This document shows, in pieces, positions 1 through 11,605 of a stretch of DNA of 64,000 nucleotides. Source of the stretch: Hemiscyllium ocellatum (lineage: Eukaryota). Location of the stretch: NCBI RefSeq assembly GCF_020745735.1, contig NC_083416.1:76905131-76969130 (forward strand). The letters are read 5' to 3'. The position numbers and the translations under genes were made by a program. The notes below the pieces were generated by a model. The model ran no database searches, had not been told where the DNA came from, and saw only the letters and a list, made by a program, of their open reading frames with translations. Each line of letters opens with the position of its first letter. Position 1 is the stretch's first letter.

Positions 1-69
1 TAAACTTTGGGAATAATGGGATTTGGTTCCCAATGTGTTACCGCAGTGAGGTGTAACAGAGACGTATCA

Positions 70-1553
70 AGAGTAGTGAGTGTTGTGCTGGAAAAGCACA
101 GCCAGTCAGGCAGCATCTGAGGAGCAGGAGAATCAACGTTTCGGGCATAAGCCCTTCTTCAGGAATGAGGTTTATGGATCAGGAATAAGAGATAAATGGG
201 TGGGAAGGTGGGGAGGAGGGAAAGTAGCTGAGAGTGCAATAGGTGGATGAAAGTGAGGGAGAAGGTGATGGGTCAGATGAGGCAGTGATGGACAGGTCCA
301 GAGGGTGGTGCCGAGTTGGAGGCTTGGTACTGGGATGATGTAGGGGGAGGAGAAATAAGGAAGTTGTTGAAATCCATATTTATCCCGTGTGGTTGCAGGG
401 TTCCAAGGTGGAATATGAGGCGTTCCTCCTCCAGGCATCGGGTGGTAAGGTTTGGAGATGGAGGAGGCCCAGGACCTGCATGTCCTTGACAGAGTGGGAG
501 AGGGAGTTGAAGTGTTCTGCCACGGGGCAGTGGGGTTGGTGGGTGCAGGTGTCCCAGAGACGTTCTCTGAAACGATCCGCAAGAAGGTGCCTTAACTCCC
601 CAATGTAGAGGGGACCACGCTGGGTACAACAGATGCAGTAGATGACATTGGTAGAGGTACAGGTAAATTTCTGAAGGATGTGGGAGGATCCCTTGGGGCC
701 TTGTATGGAAGTGAATGGAGTGGTCTGGACACAGGTTTTGCTCTTCCTGCAGTGGCTGGGAAAGGTGTCAGGAATGGGATGTGGGCAGGTGGGGAGGGTA
801 GACCTGATGAGGGAGTCGCAGTAGGAATGGTCTTTTTGGAATGCTGATAGGGATGGGGAGGGAGATATATCTGTGGTGGTGGGGTCCGTTTGGGTGGCGG
901 AAGTGGTAAAGGATGATGCATTGTATGCAGAGGTTGGTGGGGGCAGGTTTGTTCTGTTCTTGTTGCATTGGGAGGGGTGGGGTTCAAGGACGGTGGTGGG
1001 TGAAGTGGAGGAGACGCGCTGGAAGGCATCATCAACAACGTGGGAAGGGAAGTTGCGATCATGGAAGAAGGCGGCCATCTGGGACTTTGAGGTGAAATTG
1101 GTCATCCTATTCCATCCTGGGCCTCCTTCACCACCAAACCATTACCACCTGATGCCAGGAGGAAGAATGCCTCATTCTGCCTTGGAACCCTGCAACCACA
1201 CGAGATTTCAACAGCCTCCTCATTTCCCCTCTTCCCCCCCCACCCCACCCAATTATCCCAGTCCTAAGTCTCCAACTTAGCACCACCCTCTGCATCCATC
1301 CATCACTCCCCCCTCTGACCTATCACCTTCTCCCTCACATTCATCCACCTATTGCACTCTCAGCTACTTTTCCCCCCACACCACCCCCTTCCTTTTATCT
1401 CTCAGCTCCTAACCCACAACCCTCATTCCTTATGAAGGGTTTATGCCCAAAACATTGATTCTCCTGCTCCTCGGATGCTGCCTGACCTGCTGCGCTTTTC
1501 CAGCACCACGCTCTCGACTCTGATCTCCAGCATCTGCAGGCCTCACCTTCTCC
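70..1553. mobile_element. Penelope-like (Neptune-type) retroelement, family A: minus-strand body (about 70-1110) plus inverted 3' end on plus strand (about 1130-1553)
   Basis: ORF 380..1105 and overlapping frames give a Cys-rich linker and GIY-YIG (CTSTNVIYCICCTQRGPLYIGE...FREHL...HFNSLSHS...EEERLIFHLGTLQP); 1130-1553 is a reverse-complement copy of the 3' end. Confidence 0.85.
131..166 (-). ncRNA. Minimal hammerhead ribozyme motif, family A
   Basis: auuc CUGAAGA A GGGC-uuau-GCCC GAAA CG UU gauu. Confidence 0.6.
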
Positions 1554-1689
1554 TATGTCACAAAAGTAAAACGTTTTAAGAATTACTTGGAATTCCCCAG
1601 TATCATGCATGTAGATGGACACAGGCACAAAAAATGTGTGTTATGGGCAGAGGGAAAAACTGGAGTTTTGGAGGCTGAGGAGTGAACTA

Positions 1690-1905
1690 ATGAGAAATTT
1701 ATAAAATCATGAGGGGCATGGATAGGGTAAATAGGCAAGGTCGTTTTACTGGGGTGGAGGAGTCCTGAACTAGAGGACATAGATTTAGGGTGAGAGAGGA
1801 AAGGTACAAAAGAGACCTAAGGGGCAACTTTTTCACACAGAATGTGGTACATGTATTGAAAGAGCTGCCAGAGGAAGTGGTGGAGGCTGGTATAATTGCA
1901 TTATT
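1690..1905 (+). mobile_element. CR1 LINE 3' fragment
   Basis: Degenerate CR1 RT C-terminus/3' UTR (ataaaatcatgaggggcatggataggg...actagaggacatagatttagggtg...gaggaagtggtggaggc); near-identical to the reverse complement of 59700-59940. Confidence 0.75.
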
Positions 1906-2003
1906 TAGATTAGATTCCCTACAGTGAGGAAACAGGCCCTTCAGGTCAACCAGTACACACTGACCCTCCGAAGGGTAACCCACCCAGACCAATTTCCCTC
2001 TGA

Positions 2004-2660
2004 TGAAAATGTGTTGCTGGTTAAAGCACAGCAGGTCAGGCAGCATCCAAGGAACAGGAAATTCGACGTTTCGGGCCAGAGCCCTTCATCAGGAATGAGG
2101 AGAGTGTGTCCAGCAGGCTAAGATAAAAGGTAGGGAGGAGGGACTTGGGGGAGGGGCGATGGGGATGTGATAGGTGGAAGGAGGTCAAGGTGAGGGTGAT
2201 AGGCTGGAGTGGGGTGGGGGCGGAGAGGTCAGGAAGAAGATTGCAGGTTAGGAGGGCGGTGCTGAGTTGAGGGAACCGACTGAGACACGATGGGGGGGAG
2301 GGGAAATGAGGAAACTGGAGAAACCACAATCCTTGTGGTTGGAGGGTTCCCAGGCGGAAGATGAGGAGCTCCTCCTCCAGCCGTCGTGTTGTTATGTTCT
2401 GCCGGTGGAGGAGTCCAAGGACCTGCATGTCCTCGGTGGAGTGGGAGGGAGAGTTAAAGTGTTGAGCCACGGGGTGGTTGGGTTGGTTGGTCCGGGCGTC
2501 CCAGAGGTGTTCTCTGAAGCGTTCCGCAAGTAAGCAGAACCGTCTCCCCAATATAGAGGAGGCCACATCGGGTGCAGCAGATGCAATAGATGATGTGTGT
2601 GGAGGTACAGGTGAACTTGTGGCGGATGTGGAAGGATCCCTTGGGGCCTTTTTTACTCGA
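2004..2660 (-). mobile_element. Penelope-like family A, 5'-truncated, 14-bp TSD
   Basis: GIY-YIG peptides (CTSTHIIYCICCTRCGLLYIGET; LAERFREHLWDARTNQPNHPVAQHFNSPSHS); flanked by caatttccctctga (1990-2003) and caatttccctgtga (2661-2674). Confidence 0.88.
2061..2096 (-). ncRNA. Minimal hammerhead ribozyme motif, family A (intact)
   Basis: auuc CUGAUGA A GGGC-ucug-GCCC GAAA CG UC gaau; 4-bp stem I, GUC triplet. Confidence 0.72.
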
Positions 2661-2959
2661 CAATTTCCCTGTGACTCATGCACATAGCACTATGGCCAAC
2701 TCACTTAACCTGCACATCCTTGGACTGTGGGAGGAAACCAGAGCACTCAGAGGAAACCCACACAGACACAGGGAGAATGTGTAAACTCCACACAGACAGT
2801 CACCCGAGGCTGGAATCGAACCTGGGACCCTGGAGCTGCGAGGTAGCGGTGCTAACCACTGAGCCACCCATTAAATGTCAATTTTCCTGGTCCTTGAGCT
2901 GCTGTGTTTTTTCAGCACTACACTCTTGACTCTAATCTCCAGCACTCACTTTCACTAAA

Positions 2960-3113
2960 TGGATTTGTGGTCATCATTAGATTCTTAATTCCAGATACTT
3001 ACTGAATTCAAATTTCACCATCTGCTATGGCAGGATTCGAGCCCAGGTTGCCAGAATGTTATCAGAGTCTCTGGGTTAACAGTCCAGTGTAACACCACTG
3101 GGCCATTACCTCC
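2960..3113 (-). mobile_element. Deu-type tRNA SINE 5' part (SacSINE1-like)
   Basis: Minus strand reads gggaggtaatggcccagtgg...ggctcgaatcc...gcagatggtgaaatttgaattc; related to 36588-36735. Confidence 0.6.
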
Positions 3114-3434
3114 CTGAAAGGCTCCAGATGGGTATATAAAGGAAGGGTTTGGAGGGATGTGGGCTGGGTGTTGGCAGGTGAGACTAGATTGGGTTGGGAT
3201 ATCTGGTCGGCGTGGACCAATTGAACTGAAGTGTCTGTTTCTATATTGTATATCTCTATGACTTTGACTCTTCCACATTGACAGTCATAATCTGATGTTC
3301 TGTCTTTTGGACACAAGAGGGCGATCTTTAGTTAACATGAACTTGCATTTGATGGGGATTAAAGAGGAATTTAGTTATTCAGTGATTGACTGTCTTGGTT
3401 ACTTGCATAGTCAATTTCCTCATTTTCTGACATT

Positions 3435-3900
3435 GGCTGACTTCCTCAATTACTGAGGTTAAACCTCTCAGTTACTGAGTGTTAACCCCCCCCCCCTCCA
3501 ATTACTAAGAAATAAAACATTAAAATACTGGGCGGTTAAATCCTTCAAATACTAAAAGCATTCCTGATGAAGGGCTCTGGCCCGAAACGTCAAATTTCCT
3601 GCTCCTTGGATGCTGCCTAACCTGCTGTGCTTTAACCAGCAACACATTTTCAGCTTCAAATACTAAAAGTCTAACTCACTCATAGACCAGAAGATTAACT
3701 CTCTGTTATTGAGATATTACATTTTTCAGTAACAGAGACATTAACTCCCTAATTATTGGAAGATGAACTCCACCAGTTATGGAGAGATTAACTCCCCTAG
3801 TTAGAGGAAGACTGACTCCCTCAGTAACTGAGTCATTAACTGTCTAACTTACTAAAAATTAAGTTAAGTTAGTTAGTTAATCTCAGTTAGAGAGAGACTA
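3435..3900. repeat. Degenerate tandem repeat of about 25 bp (consensus near ATTAACTCCCTCAGTTACTGAGAG)
   Basis: Recurring ttaactc...cagtta(c)tgag units; more units at about 4120-4190. Confidence 0.55.
3559..3653 (+). mobile_element. 95-bp Penelope family A 3'-end mini-insertion with hammerhead core (3560-3595), 16-bp TSD
   Basis: cttcaaatactaaaag at 3543-3558 and 3654-3669; insert carries CTGATGA A GGGC-tctg-GCCC GAAA CG TC. Confidence 0.9.
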
Positions 3901-6325
3901 GATGCCCTGACTCCTAGAGACTAACCATAATTAAGGGTCCAATCTTAACCATGAATCCAGTGCCTATTGTTGGAAAAATCTACCTGGGTCACTGAGGGAA
4001 GGCAGCTGGCATCCTTACCTGGTCTAACCCACAGGTTGACCCTTAACAATTTGGGATGGCCAATAAATGCTGGCCTAGCCAGTGACACCCTCATCTCGTG
4101 AATGAATTTTTTAAAACCTCCCTCAGTGACTGAAAGATTAATTCCCTTGGTTACTGAGTGGTTAATTCCTTTGATTACTAAGAGACTAATTAAATTTCTG
4201 TTTGAATGCAATATTTAACTCTTGAACAAAGCTCCTTTACAATGAAAATTAGTTTTGTAGAAGGATTTTTAAAGCGAGGCAAAGGGATTCGTTGGGGAAT
4301 TTAGGAAAATCAAACCGAGGACCGTTAGATTTCTGTTTCCCTGAAAGGGCATGGTCAGAGAATGAAAAGTACATGTTAACTCCTTTATTATTATATTCCA
4401 GTGTGATCATCTTCAAAAATGCCTCATTATCTGTGAAATGCTTCAGGGTGTCCTGCTGTCATGAAAGGTGCTACTGAAATGCAAGTCTTTCTCTGTTTCT
4501 CCAATTGAGGGACAGAGGAGGTTAAGGTGCATCAGAGTCCTAAAGGAATTTAAGTTTAACATTGAGTGAACGGGCAACCACAACAGCGTGTTGCATTTAT
4601 AAAGCGCCGTTAACATAGTAAAGGAGTGGTTGTCACAGCAGCTTGATCAAACAAAAATATTGACACTGAGACACTGGAAAAAGACAAGTCTGCAAAGCAC
4701 CCGCTTCAAGGCTTTGGTTTCACAGAACCTGCTGAAGATTCCCTTCATCTTAAACTAATTCCATCCATTTGTAGATGGGCCAGATCCCTCTAATTTTTGT
4801 CTGTTCATGTTCCTGTGCAAAACCTTTGATTTGATATGGGTTTTGTCTTCAGTTGGGTATCTTTCTCTGATGTGGCAATGATTCCTTTTTTTGTAACTTA
4901 AGACATTAGATTAGATTACTTAGTGTGGAAACAGGCCCTTCGGCCCAACAAGACCACACCGACCCGCGTAAGCGAGTGAACTCTCCATGTTGGATTTCCA
5001 AGTGAGTGATGTATATGAGAATTCACTCTTGATATCATTATCACTAAGGCCAGTACGCACATAATTAATTTACAATTAACTCCCTATTGCCTTCCAGCAT
5101 AACACGACAGACTCACACTCACTTATCCAGGTCTCTCCTGGCTCAGGAGCCTCATGCTCACACTTGAGTCACTACAGGCCAGTTGGCTTCAGTTCCTTAT
5201 CCTGTCAGCTCTTATCAATCTTCAAGGACAGGAGGGAACGGGGTACTTCTAAACTTTGATGAACAGGGGGTCTGACGCAAGCATTTCTGTACAGAAGTTG
5301 TTTTGCAGAACTTGCTCATTCCTAACAACATTCTGACTTGGCGGAATTAACCATCCCCCACGCCTTGGACGCTTTTTCAGTCTGAGATTCTTCTTTCACC
5401 TCAACATCCCTTTACCAGGGAATCAATTCCATATCCAGGGACTACCCCACAGCCCCATTGACATGAATGTGAAGGCAATGACACAATGTAAAATAGACAC
5501 AATTCGTCACATATTCTCTGACTCATTGGCCCACAGAAAATAAATGGAGTCTGGCAACATCGGATAAATGTCCAATATCAGAAAAAAGGTCCAATTTTGA
5601 AGAAGTTAAAATGTGTGTGATTTCTAACACATTTATTAAATCTCCCCTTAACCTTTCCTGCTCCAAGAATAAATCCAGCTCCTCCAAGAATTCTGGGATT
5701 GTGTCATCCGCGAGTTGAAACTCGAGAGAAATTTAAAGCAAACAATTAAGGAAATGTTAACTCATATCTGTGAAAAATCAGGGTTGCAATTCAGTTTTCT
5801 GACTTGAAATAGGACTAGAAACCATTAAAGCTTAAATGACTGGGGAAAGTTACAGTGACCATCGAACATTTTCACACAATACCATTAATACGGACCTTTT
5901 AAGTGTATCAATAGAATTTGATGCTGGTGGTTCCAAGATTAATGGGGGCTCATTGGCTCAATTTCCCCTAATCATCAGAAATGTAGTGTAATAGGGTGGG
6001 GGAATGGGTCAGGGTGGGATACTCTTTGGAGGGTTGGTGGGGACGTGTTGGGCCAAATGGCCTGTTTCCACACTGTAGAGATTCTATGATTCAATCCTTT
6101 ACTGATGGCAATACAGGTTGACAAAGTTTCTAAAAGGGTGCATGTCACCTTCGGCTTTACAAAGCTGTGAAACACAGGGTCGTGGGCATCAAGTGAAGAT
6201 TTTTTACCAGTTCTGGACTGTGTACTCTACACAGGAGACTACCGGAATGGTACCAGGGATAATAAACTCAGGTGGACAGGCTTGAGAAACAGAGCAAGGC
6301 TCTATGGCACAATGGAGTGTGTGTT

Positions 6326-6664
6326 GGCTGGCATAGTGGCTCAGTAGTTAGCACTGCTGGCTCACAGTGCTAGGGACCTGGGTTCGATTCCAGCCTCGGG
6401 TGACTGTCTGTGTGGAGTTTGCACAATCTCCCTGTGTCTGCGTGTGTTTCCTCCGAGTGCTCTGGTTTCCTCCCACAATCCAAAGATGTGCAGGTTGGAT
6501 GAATTGGCCATGTTAAATTACCCATAGTGATCAAGGGTGCGTAGGCTAGGTGTATTAGTCAGGGGTAAACGTAGAGTAATAGGGTCTGGGTGGGATACTC
6601 TTTGGAGGGTCAATGTGGACTTGTTGGGCCAAATGGCCTGGTTCCACACTGTAGGGATTCTATG
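6326..6664 (+). mobile_element. HE1-like V-SINE, near full length
   Basis: A box tggctcagtag, B box ggttcgattcc, V domain, CR1-like tail ending gggattctatga. Confidence 0.88.
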
Positions 6665-6867
6665 AAACTGGAACAAAGACAGAGGTGACTGGAGAAGTTC
6701 AGCCAGACTGTGATACCTTGACAGAATAAGCAAAGAGAGGTTGCTTCCACTGGCAGATGTATTAATAATTAGAGGATGCAGGTTTAAAATGCGCAGCAAA
6801 ATAAAAGTATATGCGTGAAGTCTTTCTTTTTCTTAAGTAATGAAATATTCCAATCTGAGTTGCAGTA

Positions 6868-7015
6868 GCCATAGAGTCCTAGAGATGTACAGCATGGAAA
6901 CAGACCCTTTGATCCAACCTGTCCATGCCAACCAGATATCCCAATCCAATCTAGTCCCACCTGATAGCACCTGGCCCATACCCCTCTGAACCCTTCGTAT
7001 TCATATACCCATCCG
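6868..7015 (-). mobile_element. CR1 3' terminus
   Basis: catagagtc...gatgtacagcatggaaacagaccc...gtccatgccaaccagatatccc; same family as 59375-59500. Confidence 0.65.
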
Positions 7016-7099
7016 AAGTGTGGTGGAAAATAAAATAACATTGGCCCCATACAATGGCCATCTCCAAGATGAGAGAGCTAACCACAATCCCTAATATCC

Positions 7100-7435
7100 A
7101 ACAGTATTACCTTCACAGGATATCCCAACAACACCACCAGGTTACCATTGACCAGAATTTCATCTGGGCCAGACATATAAATACTGCAGCTACCAGGTTC
7201 ATAGCTCCTTAGAACGTACCTTCCCCGACCAAGGGCCACATCCATCTGGAAAGATGGGGGCAACAGATACATGCAAACACCACCCCCTGCAAGTTCCCCT
7301 CCAATCCACTCACCATCCTATTCTTCACTGTCACACAATCAAAATCCTGGTGATCTGGAACAGTGCTACGGGTTCAAATGGATTGAAGGAAATCAAGTAG
7401 ACAGCTCACCGCTACTTTCTCAAAGGTATTTAGGA
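7100..7435 (+). mobile_element. L2-clade LINE 3' fragment (tail shared with Deu-type SINE)
   Basis: gcaacagatacatgcaaacaccaccccctgcaagttcccctcc...cactgtc...aaaatcctgg...cagctcacc; family repeats at 11762-11930, 16920-17100, 58520-58640 and 62660-63280. Confidence 0.6.
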
Positions 7436-8314
7436 ATGCCCCACCTTTGAAGGGTGAGAGATGAGACTGAGGGATAGGGCGAGAAGTTTGTGGCAAAGGT
7501 AATTGTTCTGAAGGGACTAATGTTCTTGATATGTTAGATCCACGCAATCCTCTGAAATCACACACAATCTGGGAATGAGGAGTTCTACTCCAGCTTTCAG
7601 AGGGAGCAGATGGATCTGTACCAGCTCCCGAAGGTCTGAGTCAATGTGCCTGACCAAATGTCATTGTATCTATTGGTATACATTAAAACTTCTGGTTATC
7701 AAAGAACAAAGTCCGTCCTGTAAAGACTCGATGGTGCTGTATCCTCCGCCATTAATCACTGGATAGACCCAAGCCAAAGGCAAAGGAGGATGGGTGACAG
7801 TGAGCTACCTCAATCACCCCTTACCCAGCACCAAGTGCAAAGGTGGCAAACCCCAGATTGTGCCAGTAGTGGTCATCTGGGAAAATACAACATCGAGGAG
7901 AGTCAGGATCTGAAAGTGATCAGTCTTTCAGGAACAACTCATTTAGAAAGTTGCACCTTCCTATTCCGATCAGCTGATTTCGGTGGTTAACCAACATGCT
8001 TTGGAAAGGATGAGGTCATCCTGAGATGTGACTCTGGAGCAGTTACCCTTTGGTTATCTCATTGCTCCAGTTCCCAGCTAAATGGTAAAGGGACACTGAC
8101 CCTCCTCTAACCTCTCACTGACCCTGCAAGTATCAGCTTTGTACCTAAATTCTACTACGAAAACAGAGATAAAAGTCTGTTCTGAATTTCCCCGTTCACT
8201 GTAATTGTTGACTAACACCAGGGAATGACCTGAACACCAGGGACCGAGCCCCAGGGCTTCAGAGAAACACAATACTTCGACACATTTGGAGAAGTTCAGA
8301 GATTTAATCTCCAT

Positions 8315-10030
8315 AGAGACTGGAGGGGATTACAGAGATAGGGAGGGGGTGTAGGGGCTGGAGGGGGTTACACAGATAGGGAGGGGGTGTAGGGGCTGTG
8401 GGCTTACAGAGATGGGGGGGTGTAGGGGCTGGGGCTTACATAGATAGGGAGGGGGTGTAGGGGCTGGAGGGAGTTAAAGACATAGGGAGGGGGTGTACGG
8501 GCTGGAGGGAGTTACAGAGATAGGGAGGGGGTGTAGGGGCTGGAGGGGGTTAGACAGATAGGGAGGGGGTGTAGGGACTGGAGGGTTACAGAGATAGGGA
8601 GGGGGTGTAGGGGCTGGAGAGGGTTACAGAGATAGGGAGGGGGAGTTGGTGCTGGATGGGTTTACAATGATAGGGAGGGGGTGTAACGGCTGAAGGGGAT
8701 TACAGAGATAGGGAGGAGTGTAGGGGCTGGAGTGGGTTACAGAGATACGGAGGGATGTTGGTGCTGGAGGGGGGTTACAGAGATAGGGAGGGGGTGTAGT
8801 GGCTGGAGGGGGTTACAGAGATAGGGAGGGGGTGTAGGGGCTGGAGGGGGTTACAGAGATAGGGAGAGGGTGTTGGGGCTGGAGGGGGTTACAGAGATAG
8901 GGAGGGGTATAGAGGCTGGAGGGGGTTACAGAGATAGGGAGGGGTATAGAGGCTGGAGGGGGTTACAGAGATAGGGAGGGGGTGTAGGGGCTGGAGTGGG
9001 TTACAGAGATACGGAGGGATGTTGGTGCTGGAGGGGGTTACAGAGATAGGGAGGGGGTGTTGGGGCTGGAGGGGGTTACAGAGATAGGGAGGGGTATAGA
9101 GGCTGGAGGGGGTTACAGAGATAGGGAGGGGTATAGAGGCTGGAGGGGGTTACAGAGATAGGGAGGGGGTGTAGGGGCTGGAGTGGGTTACAAAGATACG
9201 GAGGGATGTTGGTGCTGGAGGGGGTTACAGAGATAGGGAGGGGGTGTTGGTGCTGGAGGGGGTTACAGACATAGGGAGGGGGTGTTGGGGCTGGAGGGGG
9301 TTACAGAGATAGGGAGGAGTGTAGGGGCTGGAGGGGGTTACAGAGATAGGGAGGGGGTATAGGGGCTGGAGGGGGTTACAGAAATAGGGAGGAGCGTAGG
9401 GGCTGGAGGGGGTTACAGAGATAGGGAGGAGTGTAGGGGCTGGAGGGGGTTACAGAGATAGGGAGGGGGTATAGGGGCTGGAGGGGGTTACAGAAATAGG
9501 GAGGAGTGTAGGGGCTGGAGGGGGTTACAGTCATAGGGAGGGGGTGTTGGTGCTGGAGGGGGTTACAGACATAGGGAGGGGGTGTTGGGGCTGGAGGGGG
9601 TTACAGAGCTAGGGAGGAGTTGTAGGGTCTGGAGGGGGTTACAGAGATAGGGAGGGGTATAGAGGCTGGAGGGGGTTACAGAGATAGGGAGGGGTATAGA
9701 GGCTGGAGGGGGTTACAGAGATAGGGAGGGGTACAGAGGCTGGAGGGGGTTACAGAGATAGGGATGGATGGAAGGGCAGGAGGGGTTTACTGAGATAGGG
9801 AAGATGTCGAGGCTGGAGTGGGTTACAGAGATAGGGAGGGATGTATGGGCAGGAGGAGGTTACAGAGATTGGGAGGATGTAGAGGCTAGTGAGGGTTAGA
9901 GAGATAGAGAACGGTGTAGGCTTTGGAGAGGTTTACAGACATAGGATGAGTTTAGTGTCTGCAGAGGGTTACTGAGATAGGGAGGGTTGGAGGAGGTTAC
10001 AGAAGTAAGGAGGAATGTAAAGACTGGAGG
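8315..10030 (+). repeat. G-rich minisatellite, about 38-bp unit (AGAGATAGGGAGGGGGTGTAGGGGCTGGAGGGGGTTAC), roughly 45 units
   Basis: Direct tandem units with variant sub-blocks; decays toward 9760-10030. Confidence 0.95.
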
Positions 10031-10099
10031 AGATGACATAAACACAACGTTGACTTTATGAAGCTCCTCCAACACAGTAAAAACTCAGTGTTTCAATGG

Positions 10100-10350
10100 G
10101 TCAATTATTGAACTAAATTTGACACTGAGCCACAAAATGAGATATGAAAATAGATGACCAAATGCCTGGATAATTATTGAGGTGCCTCTTTCTGGAGAGC
10201 AGAGAGGTTTAAGGAGGAGAGTTCAGAGTTTGAGCCCAGGCTGCTAAAGGCACGACCACCAATAGTGGAGCGATTAAAATCAGAGATGCAGAAAAGGCTG
10301 GAATTAGAGGAGGGTGGTGATTTGATGAGATTTGTAGAGCAGATGGAGGT
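10100..10350 (-). mobile_element. L2-like LINE 3' region fragment
   Basis: aaatttgacactgagccac...gagagttcagagttt...aaggcacgaccaccaatagtggagcgattaaaatc; related to 29765-30130. Confidence 0.5.
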
Positions 10351-10412
10351 TATTGTTGTGTTAATGGAAATATTTACTAGTGTGCTAGTAGCTACACTAA
10401 TAAATATGTTAA

Positions 10413-11473
10413 GTGACTTGCATCAGAATGGAGAGTGATGTCATAGCGAGCAGGGCAGTGGTAAACGTCCGGTACGTGGCCACCGCCATCCGATGCCTTA
10501 AAACGGCGGTGCTCGGACCCGACGTAGTGCAACAGTCAGAGAACGCTCAGGTGTGCGGTGGGATCCCGTCCATGCTCACCCCAGCCCGGACGGAATTTCA
10601 CATTGGCCTCAAGGTCCCGTACTTCCCGCGGGAGCCTGTGCCCCACAACCTGAGACGCCTCCGGAATTTTAATTTTGTCCCTAAGGACGTAAAAAGGCGA
10701 GCCCTGTATCGACTGCTGCTGCACACTGTCCACCTCTTCTCCCTCATCCACCGCCCGGACACGCCCTGGCGTGCCCATTTGCCACCGGGCGATGGGGATC
10801 CCCAGTGGGGGGCCCTCTACGCAGGAGTCCTCCCCCTTTCTCTCAGGGATCTGGGGTGGAGGGTGCTGCACGCAGCAGTCCCCTGCAACCACAGATTGCG
10901 GTGGTTCACGGACTCCCAGCCCAACTGCTTGTTCTGTGGTGCTGTGGAGTCCGTGGACCATGTGTATATTGGGTGTGGGCATTTGCACTACCTTTTTGAT
11001 TTTCTCAAAAACCTTCTCTGCGTTTGGTTGCACTTTAGTCCCACGCTCCTGATCTTCGGGCACCCGGTGCGGAGGAGGGAGGGCAGGTCTGAAGACCTCC
11101 TCGTGGGTCTGCTCCTGGGCCTGGCCAAACTGGCCATAAACAGGTCCAGGCAGCGGGCCATGGAGGGAGTTGTGAGGGCCGACTGCCTGCCCCTCTACCG
11201 CGGTTACGTTAGGGCCCGGGTGTCCTTGGAGAAGGAGCATGCGGTGTCCACCAACACCCTGGAGTTGTTCAGGGAGAGGTGGGTGCCGCAGGGAGTGGAG
11301 TGCACTATTTCCCCCTCCAACTCTATTTTGATTTAGTCCCTGCCCTCCCCTTCACTGTTTGATCACACAGCATTGCCCTTTGATGTGAAGGGCACTGCTT
11401 GTCACTGGCCACCCGGGTGTTTTACTATTTTTCTGGTGATGGAAATTGAATAAAGATTTGTGCATTTTGTGTC
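10413..11473 (+). mobile_element. Tx1/L1-clade non-LTR retrotransposon, 5'-truncated 3' end (ORF2 C-terminus with zf-RVT-like motif)
   Basis: 307-aa uninterrupted GC-rich ORF with WRVLHAAVPCN...CLFCGAVESVDHVYIGC; AATAAA in 3' UTR; runs into the N gap; second copy at 23676-24311. Confidence 0.85.
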
Positions 11474-11605
11474 NNNNNNNNNNNNNNNNNNNNNNNNNNN
11501 NNNNNNNNNNNNNNNNNNNNNNNNNNNNNNNNNNNNNNNNNNNNNNNNNNNNNNNNNNNNNNNNNNNNNNNNNNNNNNNNNNNNNNNNNNNNNNNNNNNN
11601 NNNNN
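11474..11605. other. Assembly gap (132 N)
   Basis: Run of N. Confidence 0.99.

Larger units (their letters stand above)
1908..2870 (-). mobile_element. tRNA-derived V-domain SINE (HE1-like), split by a Penelope insertion
   Basis: A box TGGCTCAGTGG, B box GGTTCGATTCC, V-domain gtgtggagttt...ggtttcctcccacagtccaa, TTAGA tail at 1908-1915. Confidence 0.85.

Noticed and set aside
6326-6400. tRNA genes at SINE heads (also 2800-2870, 18395, 61545 and others)
   Set aside because: A and B boxes run straight into the V domain and LINE-like tail; no complete cloverleaf. These are SINEs.
8315-10030. CRISPR-like array
   Set aside because: Units are contiguous with no unique spacers, there are no cas genes, and the context is eukaryotic.
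10536-11240. 234-aa minus-strand ORF
   Set aside because: Antisense shadow of the GC-rich Tx1 ORF.
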